This document shows positions 40,238-49,120 of a stretch of DNA of 64,000 bases, one piece after another. The notes under the pieces were generated by a model. That model did no database searches. It saw only the letters and a program-made list of their open reading frames with translations, and was not told the origin of the DNA. Source of the stretch: a virus (lineage: Duplodnaviria; Caudoviricetes). Numbering within the stretch: position 1 is the stretch's first letter; the number at the start of each line of letters is the position of its first letter. The stretch covers positions 8,136 through 72,135 of the IMG/VR virus record IMGVR_UViG_3300035544_000079. One strand, written 5' to 3'. The position numbers and the translations under genes were made by a program.

Positions 40238-40822
40238 ATGGATTTTTTTAATAAAGGCTTAGAAAAAACAAGCAAATTAAGCGAAAATGATGCTAATGAG
40301 TTATTTAATAGGCTAAGATTTTTAGAAATGAAAGGTGCTGAGCAAGATAAAGATATTAGCTCTATTATTACAGCTGTTAGAGAAGTCAAAGAAATATTTA
40401 AAGAGCATGATGATAAAGAGATGAAAAAATATGAACAAACAGATAACTCAATAAAGCAAATGACTGAAAGTATGATTAAAGTTAATGAAAATCTAAACTC
40501 TTTAGATAGTAGTATAAAAAATCAATCCACTCAATTAGAAAAGTTATCAGAGGCTCATTATAAGCATAAAGAGGATGTAGATAACAGATTAGATAAGCAA
40601 GACGCTAAGATAAATAAAATGTTAGGAGGATTGATTTTGGGCTCAATTCTTTTGGGTATGTCTTGGCAAGTATATACTTACTTTGCCAATAAGTTTGAAA
40701 GACAAGAGCATGTAAGAATTGAAGAGAAAAAACAACTAGAAGAAAAGATTAAGTTACTAGAAAATTATACGAATAGGAATAAAGGTAGTTTAGATACTTT
40801 AAAACAAATAAAAGGTAAATAA
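40238..40822 (+). CDS. Coiled-coil membrane protein (holin/antiholin-like)
   Basis: Long coiled coil then one TM (MLGGLILGSILLGMSW), just before the endolysin. Confidence 0.45.
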   Translation: MDFFNKGLEKTSKLSENDANELFNRLRFLEMKGAEQDKDISSIITAVREVKEIFKEHDDKEMKKYEQTDNSIKQMTESMIKVNENLNSLDSSIKNQSTQLEKLSEAHYKHKEDVDNRLDKQDAKINKMLGGLILGSILLGMSWQVYTYFANKFERQEHVRIEEKKQLEEKIKLLENYTNRNKGSLDTLKQIKGK

Positions 40823-40842
40823 AGAAAATAGAAAGGATAACG

Positions 40843-41478
40843 ATGGATTACAATACATCTGATAAGTCCAATATATGTTTTAATTGGACAGTAGGTAAAG
40901 AGGGTGGGTTTGTACATAATATAGATGGAGATGGTCTATATACGCTCTTTGGGATAACTCAAAAGTATAACCCTAATTGGGAGGGTTGGGATATAGTAAA
41001 TCAAATAATAAAAGACCGCCCAAAAGATTATAAAGAAATTATTAATAAAAATACAGAGTTAAAAGCTTTAGCACAAAAAAGATATAAAAATAAGTATTGG
41101 GAAACTCTTTGGGAAGAATTACCAATTAGATTTGGTTTAGTATTTTTTGATATGAGAGTTCAACATGGAAGAAGATTAGATAAAGAGATTCAAAAACTTA
41201 TCAAAAGAAAACTTCCTAAAGAAATTGCTGAATATGAAGCACAAGGAAAAAGATTTGTTGATAGTTATTATGGAAAGACTACCCAAAAATATATTTTAAA
41301 AATGCTTAATCAGTATGGTGAAATGGAAATTTTGTTTCAATTACTTTTAGAGAGGCTTGATTTATTTGTAGATTGGGCTGAGTATAAGAATAAAAAACAC
41401 CTTTATTTTGGTACAACAAAGCATAGAGTGAGAGATTTATATATGGAGATTCTTAAATCAAAATATAATGAGGATTAA
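40843..41478 (+). CDS. Endolysin, glycoside hydrolase family 108-like
   Basis: EGGFVHNIDGDG..TLFGIT catalytic motif; FDMRVQHG. Confidence 0.85.
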   Translation: MDYNTSDKSNICFNWTVGKEGGFVHNIDGDGLYTLFGITQKYNPNWEGWDIVNQIIKDRPKDYKEIINKNTELKALAQKRYKNKYWETLWEELPIRFGLVFFDMRVQHGRRLDKEIQKLIKRKLPKEIAEYEAQGKRFVDSYYGKTTQKYILKMLNQYGEMEILFQLLLERLDLFVDWAEYKNKKHLYFGTTKHRVRDLYMEILKSKYNED

Positions 41479-41493
41479 TTAAATAAAAGGTTT

Positions 41494-41523
41494 AAAAAGA
41501 GGGATTAGCTACCCTCTTCTTTT
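41494..41523. terminator. Bidirectional terminator between convergent blocks
   Basis: AAAAAGAGGG-attagcta-CCCTCTTCTTTT. Confidence 0.8.
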
Positions 41524-41526
41524 GGT

Positions 41527-41799
41527 TTAAACTTCAAACATCTCTCTAAACTTATCATCACCTAACTTTAGTAACTTAGCTTTTCTAAAAGGTTTTTCTT
41601 CTATAGTATAACTTATATCAATATGGTTTTTAGACCAAAGTACTTCATCACCTTTTTCAATATTAATTGTTAAAATATCTTGGTTAAGAAATGTCTCTAA
41701 AACAAGATTATAATTAATACCTTCCTTAAACTTACTATTAATAACTTTTCTTACGAAATACTTATTATTATTATCATTACCCACGTTATTATCTTTCAT
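41527..41799 (-). CDS. Hypothetical protein
   Basis: 90 aa, SD. Confidence 0.55.
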   Translation of the reverse strand: MKDNNVGNDNNNKYFVRKVINSKFKEGINYNLVLETFLNQDILTINIEKGDEVLWSKNHIDISYTIEEKPFRKAKLLKLGDDKFREMFEV

Positions 41800-42142
41800 G
41801 TCTCTCCTTTAATTCTTTTAATTTATTTTTTAACTTTTTATTTTCATTTTCTAAGTCCTGTACCCATAACTCTAATATGTTAATACTAGAATAAGCATAA
41901 TTAATCCCCCTTTCTAAAGATTTTCTCTCTAGTGCTCTAGCTTTAGCTAATCTTTGATAATAAGTTTCTTTAGTACCTTCTTTATTTAGTATAAAAGGTT
42001 CTCTTGTTATCTTTAAATTCTTATAAGTAGTACTTATATACTTAAGAGCTAACTCTTCTGATGACCAAACTGAGTCAATAACTGTACTAAAGTTACCATC
42101 AACAATTTCATGTACGAGATATATTGGTTGGGTATTTTTCAT
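41789..42142 (-). CDS. Hypothetical protein
   Basis: 117 aa, SD, coiled-coil end. Confidence 0.6.
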   Translation of the reverse strand: MKNTQPIYLVHEIVDGNFSTVIDSVWSSEELALKYISTTYKNLKITREPFILNKEGTKETYYQRLAKARALERKSLERGINYAYSSINILELWVQDLENENKKLKNKLKELKERHER

Positions 42143-42154
42143 ATTTTTCTCCTT

Positions 42155-42466
42155 ATTTTTTAACTTTCTAATTTAATTTTTATGCTAGTGAATTATATTG
42201 CTAAGAGTGTCAAGATAATCTATTTGTTCTTCACCAATACTAATTCCAATGAATCCACAGTCAACATCACTTGCATTGTCATAATCTTCTTTAGAATAAA
42301 CACATGGTGTTCCATCTACCATAATAACAACCAAGCCGTGTTTTTTAAGATTTTCCAACGCTCTTTTTACTCTCGTTATTGCCGACTTTTGTTCCTTAGT
42401 TAAATCACAGTATTCAGTAGCCATTTGTATCTCCTTTAATTTTTTAACTTTCTAATTTAATTTTTA
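42155..42466. repeat. 28-bp direct repeats at 42155-42182 and 42439-42466
   Basis: attttttaactttctaatttaattttta occurs twice, each beside an SD. Confidence 0.8.
42185..42424 (-). CDS. Hypothetical protein
   Basis: 79 aa, SD, flanked by direct repeats. Confidence 0.6.
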   Translation of the reverse strand: MATEYCDLTKEQKSAITRVKRALENLKKHGLVVIMVDGTPCVYSKEDYDNASDVDCGFIGISIGEEQIDYLDTLSNIIH

Positions 42467-42749
42467 AAATTATGCAATTTATCCCAAAATTTTTTAGGAC
42501 ACCTAATCTTACCAATTTTTACCTACTTTTTAAGTTTCTCCTACCAAATAAACCTTTTTAGTCTTTCTTGATACATTATTCATTTAGAGCTTTATCTTCA
42601 ATATTTGTATAGAGAAAGAGGTGTTAAATTAAGTTAGGATTAGTCTTTACATTATTTCTCCTTTTGTTTTTTTTATGAAATGATTATACAAGAATATTTC
42701 CTATGGTTTGCTTAAAGGGGTATTTACAAAGTAATATGTAAAAAGAACT

Positions 42750-43913
42750 CTAAGAGGTTAATTCCTCGAAATCTCCTTTTATTAAATCTTTACTAAACCT
42801 TTTAGGAATTTTTTTCTCTTTAATGTATTTAAACATTTCCTCATCAGAGACCTTGTAATTTCCCCATATATCCATTCTATTAAACTGTACTAATTTTTCA
42901 AAACTAAATAAATATCCATCTCCTCTTATAAAATTTTTTAAAGTTATATTAACTTTTGCTTCTAATATCTGTAAATTATCAACATGGTCTAACCCATTTA
43001 TATATTTACCATTTAGTGGGACTATATGGTCTATGTGAAATTCTGTTGAATATCTTTTATTGAAATACTCCCTAACCCTATAAAGCTTTTTCTCATATTT
43101 TTTATCTTCTTTACTTCCTCTTAGCCTTTTAGCCATTTTCATAGCTGTAACTCTTCTACCATGTATAGGATTATACTTACTTTTATAATTAACTTTTTTA
43201 ATGTAATTTAAAGTACATTGGTTACTTTTTCTCCTATACTCAGGGTCATTACTACGTCTCTCTCTATTTAAAGCATTCATACACGATTTACACTTCCTAA
43301 ATTTTAGTATAGAAGGTTTGGAGGATTTAAAACCTTGATTCCCAAGAAGTTCTACTATATTTTCATCTTGTAAGAACAATTCCCCACACCTTGAACACTT
43401 ACCTTGTATCAGTTCTTTACCTTTTGTTAAATTTTTTACTTCAAGTATAAATTTATCTTTTGACATAACTCCTTTTAATTGCTCTTGTTTATGTAAATAC
43501 CTTAAAGTCTTTTCATACTCTTCTCTTAGTCTATGGAAATTTTTAGCAAGGATTGTGTAAGGAACTCTTTTATCTATAGGTATTTTACCTTTTTTATCAC
43601 TAAAACATTTATGACATATACCTTTATACTCATTTACCTCATTATAATATATCCTAAACTGTTTGCCCATATCTTTATTTTTATAGAATTTTGTTTTACA
43701 ACAAGTACATTTAAAAAACCCTTTAGTCTTTGTATTCATATTTTCTAAACAAGTTGAGCAATATTCTTGTTTTTTAAATAAAATATTTTCAGGAAAAGGT
43801 CTTCTATGTAACTTTTTTACTCTTTTCCACTCATTGTTAGGATTATATCTGTTAAACTTTTTACCACAATCCTTACAAGTATATTCTTCCTCTTCTACAT
43901 ATTCATATTTCAT
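42750..43913 (-). CDS. Zinc-finger HNH homing endonuclease
   Basis: Multiple CxxC; FHIDHIVPLNG..NGL..VDNLQIL..N. Confidence 0.8.
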   Translation of the reverse strand: MKYEYVEEEEYTCKDCGKKFNRYNPNNEWKRVKKLHRRPFPENILFKKQEYCSTCLENMNTKTKGFFKCTCCKTKFYKNKDMGKQFRIYYNEVNEYKGICHKCFSDKKGKIPIDKRVPYTILAKNFHRLREEYEKTLRYLHKQEQLKGVMSKDKFILEVKNLTKGKELIQGKCSRCGELFLQDENIVELLGNQGFKSSKPSILKFRKCKSCMNALNRERRSNDPEYRRKSNQCTLNYIKKVNYKSKYNPIHGRRVTAMKMAKRLRGSKEDKKYEKKLYRVREYFNKRYSTEFHIDHIVPLNGKYINGLDHVDNLQILEAKVNITLKNFIRGDGYLFSFEKLVQFNRMDIWGNYKVSDEEMFKYIKEKKIPKRFSKDLIKGDFEELTS

Positions 43914-45511
43914 TCTAATAATTCCTCGAAATTACTTTCTAATTTTTCTTTACTAAAAGTTAAATCATAACCTAACTCTTTCATAACAATTCTACTTAAT
44001 TCCTCTAAGTCAATATTATTAGGAGATATAAATTCATCAAATAATAATAAACTAATATCATACCTTTTACAAACTATATCTAGGATTTGACTTTCTACAC
44101 CATTATAAATAAAACTTAATACTTTAGGGTTATTCCACTTATCAAGGTTTTTAGAAGTACCTCTTGTATTTAATACTTTGTACTTTGTTTTCAACTCTTT
44201 AGCATTTTCTAAGGCTTTTTGTTTAAAATATTCCCCTAATTCATTATATAAGTAAATAATCTCTTCAACAATGTTTTGTACTTTAGTATTATTAAGAGCT
44301 TTTACTAAATTATCTCCTCCTATACTTTTTACTATAGTTGAATACTGTTCAAGGCTTTCAAGATTAGTTGATAAATTAGCTCCAAACAATAAAGCTGTAA
44401 AATACTGTTTAGCTTGTTTATAAGTAAAACCTTCTTTTACAAGCTCTTGTCTGAATTGTTCTTTATCTCTAATATATTCCTCAATATAATAAAAGTTACA
44501 CTTCTTTGCAATAAACCTCCAATAAAGTTGATAAAATACATTTATAACTGCCGTATTAATATCATAAGCATATTGCCCTTCAAACATTACTGCCCTAAAT
44601 TTACTAGGCAACTGTTGTGGAACAATATTACTATTATAATTAGCCCTTTGGTAAAGTCTCCCTCCACCTTTTCTTTGATAAACAAATGTACTTTCTAACC
44701 CTTTTAAATCCCTAAAATCAGAAACTACCGAAGCAAAGTGAATACAATTTAACATATTACTATTGTTACTAACATTCCTTTTTAAAAAAGAAATACAATC
44801 ATCAATTCTTTCATCATTTAGTTTAGGGTAATGTTGGAAGTCAATATCTCCCTTTAACTCTTTTTTAGTAAGAACTTGTCTATGTTGTTTTGATGGTAAT
44901 GTTTTAAATACTTCCATATACTTTTCCATAAAATCTTCTGTTTCTCTGTTAGACAACCCTAATTCCTCCTTCATTTGTTTTCTAGTTAAATAGATTTCTT
45001 TATTCATAATATTATAACATATCTTTTCTTCAAACTTTCTTAAGTAATATGTTATTAGTTTATCTTCTGTTGAGACAAATGCTAAATAGACATCTTCTAA
45101 AATACCTTCTTTTATTCTATACCCTTTAGTATATCCCTTAGTATTATAGGTATTTATTTCATTATCTCTTAAGTAAAACCTATACCCTAAATCTTCCTCA
45201 AAGATTTCATAAAAGATATGTTTCTTATGTCTTGTTGCATAAGTACCTAATATCTTATCTAATGTTTTAAAACTTATTGAGTAAAGGTTCTTATCCTCAG
45301 AGTGTGAAAGAATAGAACCTTTTTGAATTAAGTTAAAGAGATATATAATAGAGTATGTTTGCTTAAAGTTTTTTTGAAGGATTTTATACTTACTTATTAT
45401 CTTATTGTAATTAACCTTAGAGACAAACTCTGTAGGTATCTTATCTTTAGTATTCTTAGTATCAGTACTAATTGTATTAGTCTTATGTTTATTCTTATCT
45501 ATACTTTTTAT
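43910..45511 (-). CDS. Minimal PolA-superfamily (TV-Pol-like) polymerase, paralog 2, 533 aa from an ATA start
   Basis: GGGRLY..QQLPSKFR; motif A YAYDINTA; motif B KQAKQYFTALLFGA; motif C LLLFDEF. Frame open 168 codons above the track ATG to ATA 5 nt after AAAGGAG. Confidence 0.65.
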   Translation of the reverse strand: MKSIDKNKHKTNTISTDTKNTKDKIPTEFVSKVNYNKIISKYKILQKNFKQTYSIIYLFNLIQKGSILSHSEDKNLYSISFKTLDKILGTYATRHKKHIFYEIFEEDLGYRFYLRDNEINTYNTKGYTKGYRIKEGILEDVYLAFVSTEDKLITYYLRKFEEKICYNIMNKEIYLTRKQMKEELGLSNRETEDFMEKYMEVFKTLPSKQHRQVLTKKELKGDIDFQHYPKLNDERIDDCISFLKRNVSNNSNMLNCIHFASVVSDFRDLKGLESTFVYQRKGGGRLYQRANYNSNIVPQQLPSKFRAVMFEGQYAYDINTAVINVFYQLYWRFIAKKCNFYYIEEYIRDKEQFRQELVKEGFTYKQAKQYFTALLFGANLSTNLESLEQYSTIVKSIGGDNLVKALNNTKVQNIVEEIIYLYNELGEYFKQKALENAKELKTKYKVLNTRGTSKNLDKWNNPKVLSFIYNGVESQILDIVCKRYDISLLLFDEFISPNNIDLEELSRIVMKELGYDLTFSKEKLESNFEELLE

Positions 45512-45690
45512 ACTTACTCCTTTCTATTAATATATTATAATAATCCCTAACAACCTTTCGACAAAGGAAGCAACACGCCTGTATATATTGTACATTTTAG
45601 CATTTTTTTATGTAAAAAGTCCCTTGCCATGGGGTCTAGCACCCGTAATCGTTAAGTATTTAATCCTCTATATTTTATTTTTAAAATCTT

Positions 45691-45885
45691 TTAACCAACC
45701 AAAACTTCTCTGACTTTATCTTTCCCAAAAGCTTGTAATAAAATAATATATGTTTCAAGCATTTTGCTAATACACTCTTTGTTAGATTTACTTAAAGTAG
45801 TTGGGTGTAAGTTAAAAATCTCACAGAACTCTTTATTTGTACTATCTAAATCAAGTAATCTTTTTTTGAATTCTTTATAAGTCAT
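45691..45885 (-). CDS. Small HTH (Cro/XRE-like) regulator
   Basis: LDSTNKEFCEIFNLHPTTLSK; strong SD. Confidence 0.6.
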   Translation of the reverse strand: MTYKEFKKRLLDLDSTNKEFCEIFNLHPTTLSKSNKECISKMLETYIILLQAFGKDKVREVLVG

Positions 45886-45920
45886 ATTCCTCCTTTCTTA
45901 TCTATTAGATATTCTCTATT

Positions 45921-45960
45921 AATATATGGGGCGTTTTTATGATTTTACACTTTTTTATTT
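45921..45960 (-). repeat. Second copy of the 40-bp element (see 12759-12798)
   Basis: 35/40 identity; directly upstream of the HTH gene SD. Confidence 0.8.
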
Positions 45961-46005
45961 AACTAAATTTAAAAATTTGTATCCTTATTAAAAGGAATGG
46001 CTTAA

Positions 46006-46527
46006 TTAAACTCCAAAATACCTCTTAATATCCTCAACCTTAATGAACTCATAATTATTACAATCAATATTAACATTAAAGTATCTTTTATCAACTTCTC
46101 CGTTATCTAAGATAGCTCTTTTTGATAAATCTTTGTTATAATGTAAATGACCTTGAAGATTTCCGACTCTTTCTCGTATTTCTTGAGGGTGAATAGGACA
46201 ATGAGATACCCACATATTCTTATAACTAAACAAAGGTAATTGAATCTCAATATTAGGGTGTCTTTCTCTATATAAATTCTTTGAATCATGGTTTCCTAAT
46301 ACAATCTTTAACTTAGCCTTTATTTGCCTTATTTGCTCCATATATGACTCATAATTATCCCCATCAAAAATAAAATCCCCTAAGATATATAATGTATCTC
46401 TTTTAGTAAGACTTAATATTTTATCAATCATAAATTGGTGGTGTTCCTCAGCAGAGTTAAATCTAGTTCTATACTTATTTATTGACTTGTGATTGATGTG
46501 AATGTCACTTGTAAAATAACAAGCCAT
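46006..46527 (-). CDS. Calcineurin-like metallophosphoesterase
   Basis: SDIH, LGDF, LGNHD, SHCP, GHLH. Confidence 0.88.
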   Translation of the reverse strand: MACYFTSDIHINHKSINKYRTRFNSAEEHHQFMIDKILSLTKRDTLYILGDFIFDGDNYESYMEQIRQIKAKLKIVLGNHDSKNLYRERHPNIEIQLPLFSYKNMWVSHCPIHPQEIRERVGNLQGHLHYNKDLSKRAILDNGEVDKRYFNVNIDCNNYEFIKVEDIKRYFGV

Positions 46528-46713
46528 CTATTTCTTCCATTCTTCTAAGTCTTTAATAATAAGGCATCTTCTATCTAAATAATTAAGGCTTTGTTTTAAA
46601 TCTCTTTGACCTAATATTCCTCCATAAGAATTTGAGATAATAATTAATCTTTCCTCTGTTTTTACTGTGTTAATTACCCTAATAATATCTTCTATAGTAT
46701 TTAAAGTTTCCAA
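46528..46713 (-). CDS. Hypothetical protein
   Basis: TTG start with SD. Confidence 0.5.
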   Translation of the reverse strand: METLNTIEDIIRVINTVKTEERLIIISNSYGGILGQRDLKQSLNYLDRRCLIIKDLEEWKK

Positions 46714-46725
46714 TTCTTTCTCCTT

Positions 46726-46872
46726 TTAAAGTAAAATATATAACAAAATACAAAGTATAATTAAAATAACAAGGAAATTAAGACCTATTGAGTCTACTTT
46801 AATCTCATCTTCCATTTCTTTAATTTCTTCTTTTGTTCTATATTGTTTACCTTTATAAAAATAAGCTCCCAT
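46726..46872 (-). CDS. Small membrane-anchored protein
   Basis: Start MGAYFY after GGAGG; C-terminal TM. Confidence 0.5.
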   Translation of the reverse strand: MGAYFYKGKQYRTKEEIKEMEDEIKVDSIGLNFLVILIILCILLYILL

Positions 46873-46873
46873 A

Positions 46874-47074
46874 TCAATCCTCCACAAATATATTATTCTT
46901 AGCTCTATATTCAAGCTCTTCTTTTAAAGTATCTACATAAATACCCTTATAACCGTCATTTATATAAAGCTCTTTATTAAGGTCTTCATGTTGAACATAA
47001 TCGTGAGTAAACCTTGAAACAAGCTCTGTTCCATCAGGTGTTATAATACTATTTCTTAGGATTCTTTTTTCCAT
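46874..47074 (-). CDS. Conserved phage hypothetical protein, possibly shortened
   Basis: NSIITPDGTELVSRFTHDYVQH and ELEYR motifs. Confidence 0.55.
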   Translation of the reverse strand: MEKRILRNSIITPDGTELVSRFTHDYVQHEDLNKELYINDGYKGIYVDTLKEELEYRAKNNIFVED

Positions 47075-47338
47075 CTATTTCTTCACCTTTCCTTTACCTT
47101 TACTATTGCCTTTAGTTCCAATAGGAACAATCTTACTATCAATCTCTTTAGTACCTCTTGATTTACGTTCTTTTTCAATAGCTTTCAACAAAGGTTCATA
47201 AAGAGCTTTTTCTCTTTTACTTTGTTTTGAACTAATTATCTTAATAATATGTACTAAATGCTCATTTGAATAAGAACTTACTTTCTTAATTTCTTCTTTA
47301 ATTTGTTTTGTTAATTTCTTTTCTTCGTCTTTGTTCAT
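47075..47338 (-). CDS. Hypothetical basic protein
   Basis: 87 aa, SD. Confidence 0.55.
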   Translation of the reverse strand: MNKDEEKKLTKQIKEEIKKVSSYSNEHLVHIIKIISSKQSKREKALYEPLLKAIEKERKSRGTKEIDSKIVPIGTKGNSKGKGKVKK

Positions 47339-47346
47339 TATATCCT

Positions 47347-47697
47347 CTACATACTTAATTTACTAAGATTTTTCTTAAGATTTTGTTTAAAATCATTATA
47401 TTTTAACATAAGTTTATAAACTTCTTTCTTAATTAAAAGTTCTTGATAATTACTATCCTTACAGTATAAATGAATGTTACTTCCTAAATTATAAAATTCA
47501 GTAATATCCTTATCTAATTGAATATACTTCTCAGCTTTTGCCGACTTAGATACTTTAGTAAGGCTCTTCTCTATTTTACTTTTATAAGTAAAGCACATAG
47601 TACTCATACTGTTTAAAATATCCTCTTTGTATTCATTTGCTGATAAGCTACTTAATAAACCCAGTACTGTAACTCCTGTTACTATAATCTTTTTCAT
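47347..47697 (-). CDS. Putative secreted protein
   Basis: Signal peptide MKKIIVTGVTVLGLLSSLSA. Confidence 0.6.
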   Translation of the reverse strand: MKKIIVTGVTVLGLLSSLSANEYKEDILNSMSTMCFTYKSKIEKSLTKVSKSAKAEKYIQLDKDITEFYNLGSNIHLYCKDSNYQELLIKKEVYKLMLKYNDFKQNLKKNLSKLSM

Positions 47698-47713
47698 TTA
47701 TTCTCCTTCTTTT

Positions 47714-48037
47714 CTAATCTTGTTTTTCTGTTAATTTATAATCTACTTCTAATAAAATATCAAAGCAATTATAAACACCATTAATCTTATTATCTCTAAT
47801 TATGTAATAAGTAAGTATATACTCATAAACCTTAAAAGAACATAAAAATGGAATAAATAATCTAAACATAGTGAACAAATTATATTCAGATAATCTTTTA
47901 TATTTCTCAGCTTTTAAAATACCCTTGGTTGTATTAAGTGTTTCCCAAGATATAACTCCAAACCATATTGTATAAATTCCTATTGAAAGAAAGTTAAACA
48001 AATAACCTACTAGAACTATTAAATAAATATCATTCAT
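47714..48037 (-). CDS. Membrane protein
   Basis: Two hydrophobic segments. Confidence 0.55.
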   Translation of the reverse strand: MNDIYLIVLVGYLFNFLSIGIYTIWFGVISWETLNTTKGILKAEKYKRLSEYNLFTMFRLFIPFLCSFKVYEYILTYYIIRDNKINGVYNCFDILLEVDYKLTEKQD

Positions 48038-48384
48038 TTATTCCCCTTATTTACTTTGTTTAAAGAATCTAATAATTCTTGTTTTTCTTTAACTTCCTTT
48101 AAATACTCTTGTATTTCTAAATCATCTACTATATCTTCATCTTTTACAGCTATTTCTAGTAAGTCATTTATATAATCATCCATATTAATAATTACTCCTT
48201 TAAAGTCATCTGTAAAAGGACAATAAAGATAAATTTCTATTTCACCTTTTTCTTCAGCTAAAAATAAAGGGTAAAGTTCCTCTAATATTTCTTCTTTATC
48301 TTCTTCTGTTTCCTCATAACAAATAATATCTCTTCCTCTGTTTCCATCAATATCTGCTCCGTAACTATGTTCAATATAAAACAT
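48034..48384 (-). CDS. Hypothetical acidic protein
   Basis: YIEHSYGADIDGNRG motif; own promoter. Confidence 0.6.
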   Translation of the reverse strand: MFYIEHSYGADIDGNRGRDIICYEETEEDKEEILEELYPLFLAEEKGEIEIYLYCPFTDDFKGVIINMDDYINDLLEIAVKDEDIVDDLEIQEYLKEVKEKQELLDSLNKVNKGNK

Positions 48385-48423
48385 ATTTTCTCCTTTTGTT
48401 TTTTATTTTGTTTTGATAAGATA

Positions 48424-48447
48424 ATTATAATAGAAGTTTTATTAAAG
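48424..48447 (-). promoter_or_regulatory. Promoter CTTTAAT-N11-TATAAT
   Basis: Same spacing as the other copies. Confidence 0.55.
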
Positions 48448-48489
48448 TAAGCTTAAATATAATTAAGTAAGTATAAATAGTAGTATATA

Positions 48490-48553
48490 TTATAGAAAGG
48501 TATTATAGAAAGGTGTTATAGAAAGGTGTTATAGGGAAGTAGTATAGAAAGTA
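48490..48553. repeat. Tandem 13-bp iteron-like array (TTATAGAAAGGTG)
   Basis: Five units: ttatagaaaggta, ttatagaaaggtg x2, ttatagggaagta, gtatagaaagta. Confidence 0.8.
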
Positions 48554-48566
48554 GTATTAGAGGGAA

Positions 48567-48788
48567 CTAGCCCTCTAAAGATTCTTGTAAATTTTTTATT
48601 TTAGTTTCTAGAATAAATATTTCATTAAGCAAGATTTGGTTAGGACAATTTGAAATATTACCTAGTATTAAATCATTTAAAGAATAACTTATATTAGGGT
48701 CTATCTGCTTTGACTTTTCAGTTATAAGTGTCTTGAGAGTTTTTATTCTCTCAAGTTTTTCTTGGTATGTTATTTTAGTAGTTTCCAT
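48567..48788 (-). CDS. Hypothetical protein
   Basis: 73 aa, SD. Confidence 0.55.
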   Translation of the reverse strand: METTKITYQEKLERIKTLKTLITEKSKQIDPNISYSLNDLILGNISNCPNQILLNEIFILETKIKNLQESLEG

Positions 48789-48814
48789 AGTTCTCCTTTA
48801 TTTTGAGATTGATA

Positions 48815-49063
48815 CTAAACAAGTATCTTCGTTATAATGTATTTGAGATGGTTTGATTTAGTAACTAACCATGTTTGTAGCTCATCTCTTGTATAAGTTG
48901 GTTGAGGCATATTTCTAGCCCTACAATTAGTTCTTTGTGTAGTATGAGTTTCAGTAATAAATACTTTAGGCATTTTTCTACCACAAGATTTACATAATCC
49001 TCTTTTATAAAAACCTTTTTTAGGTCTTTCTTGTTTACATTTATAGCAATATTTTGTTTTAAA
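48815..49063 (-). pseudogene. Truncated homing-endonuclease remnant related to 61661..62494
   Basis: 82 open codons starting at TTT 5 nt after AAGGGAG; CYKC..CKSC; QRTNCRARNMPQPTYTRDEL aligns with QKLSCKNRNMDMPNYTKDWF; no nuclease domain. Confidence 0.6.
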
Positions 49064-49091
49064 TTTGACTCCCTTAAATTATATTTATTTT

Positions 49092-49115
49092 ATTATAACA
49101 AAAGGAGTCTTAAAT
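49092..49115 (-). promoter_or_regulatory. Promoter TTTAAG-N11-TATAAT
   Basis: atttaag-actccttttgt-tataat. Confidence 0.6.
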
Positions 49116-49120
49116 ATTGC

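Noticed and set aside
48490-48553. Possible mini-CRISPR array
   Set aside because: Repeats are contiguous 13-mers with no spacers.
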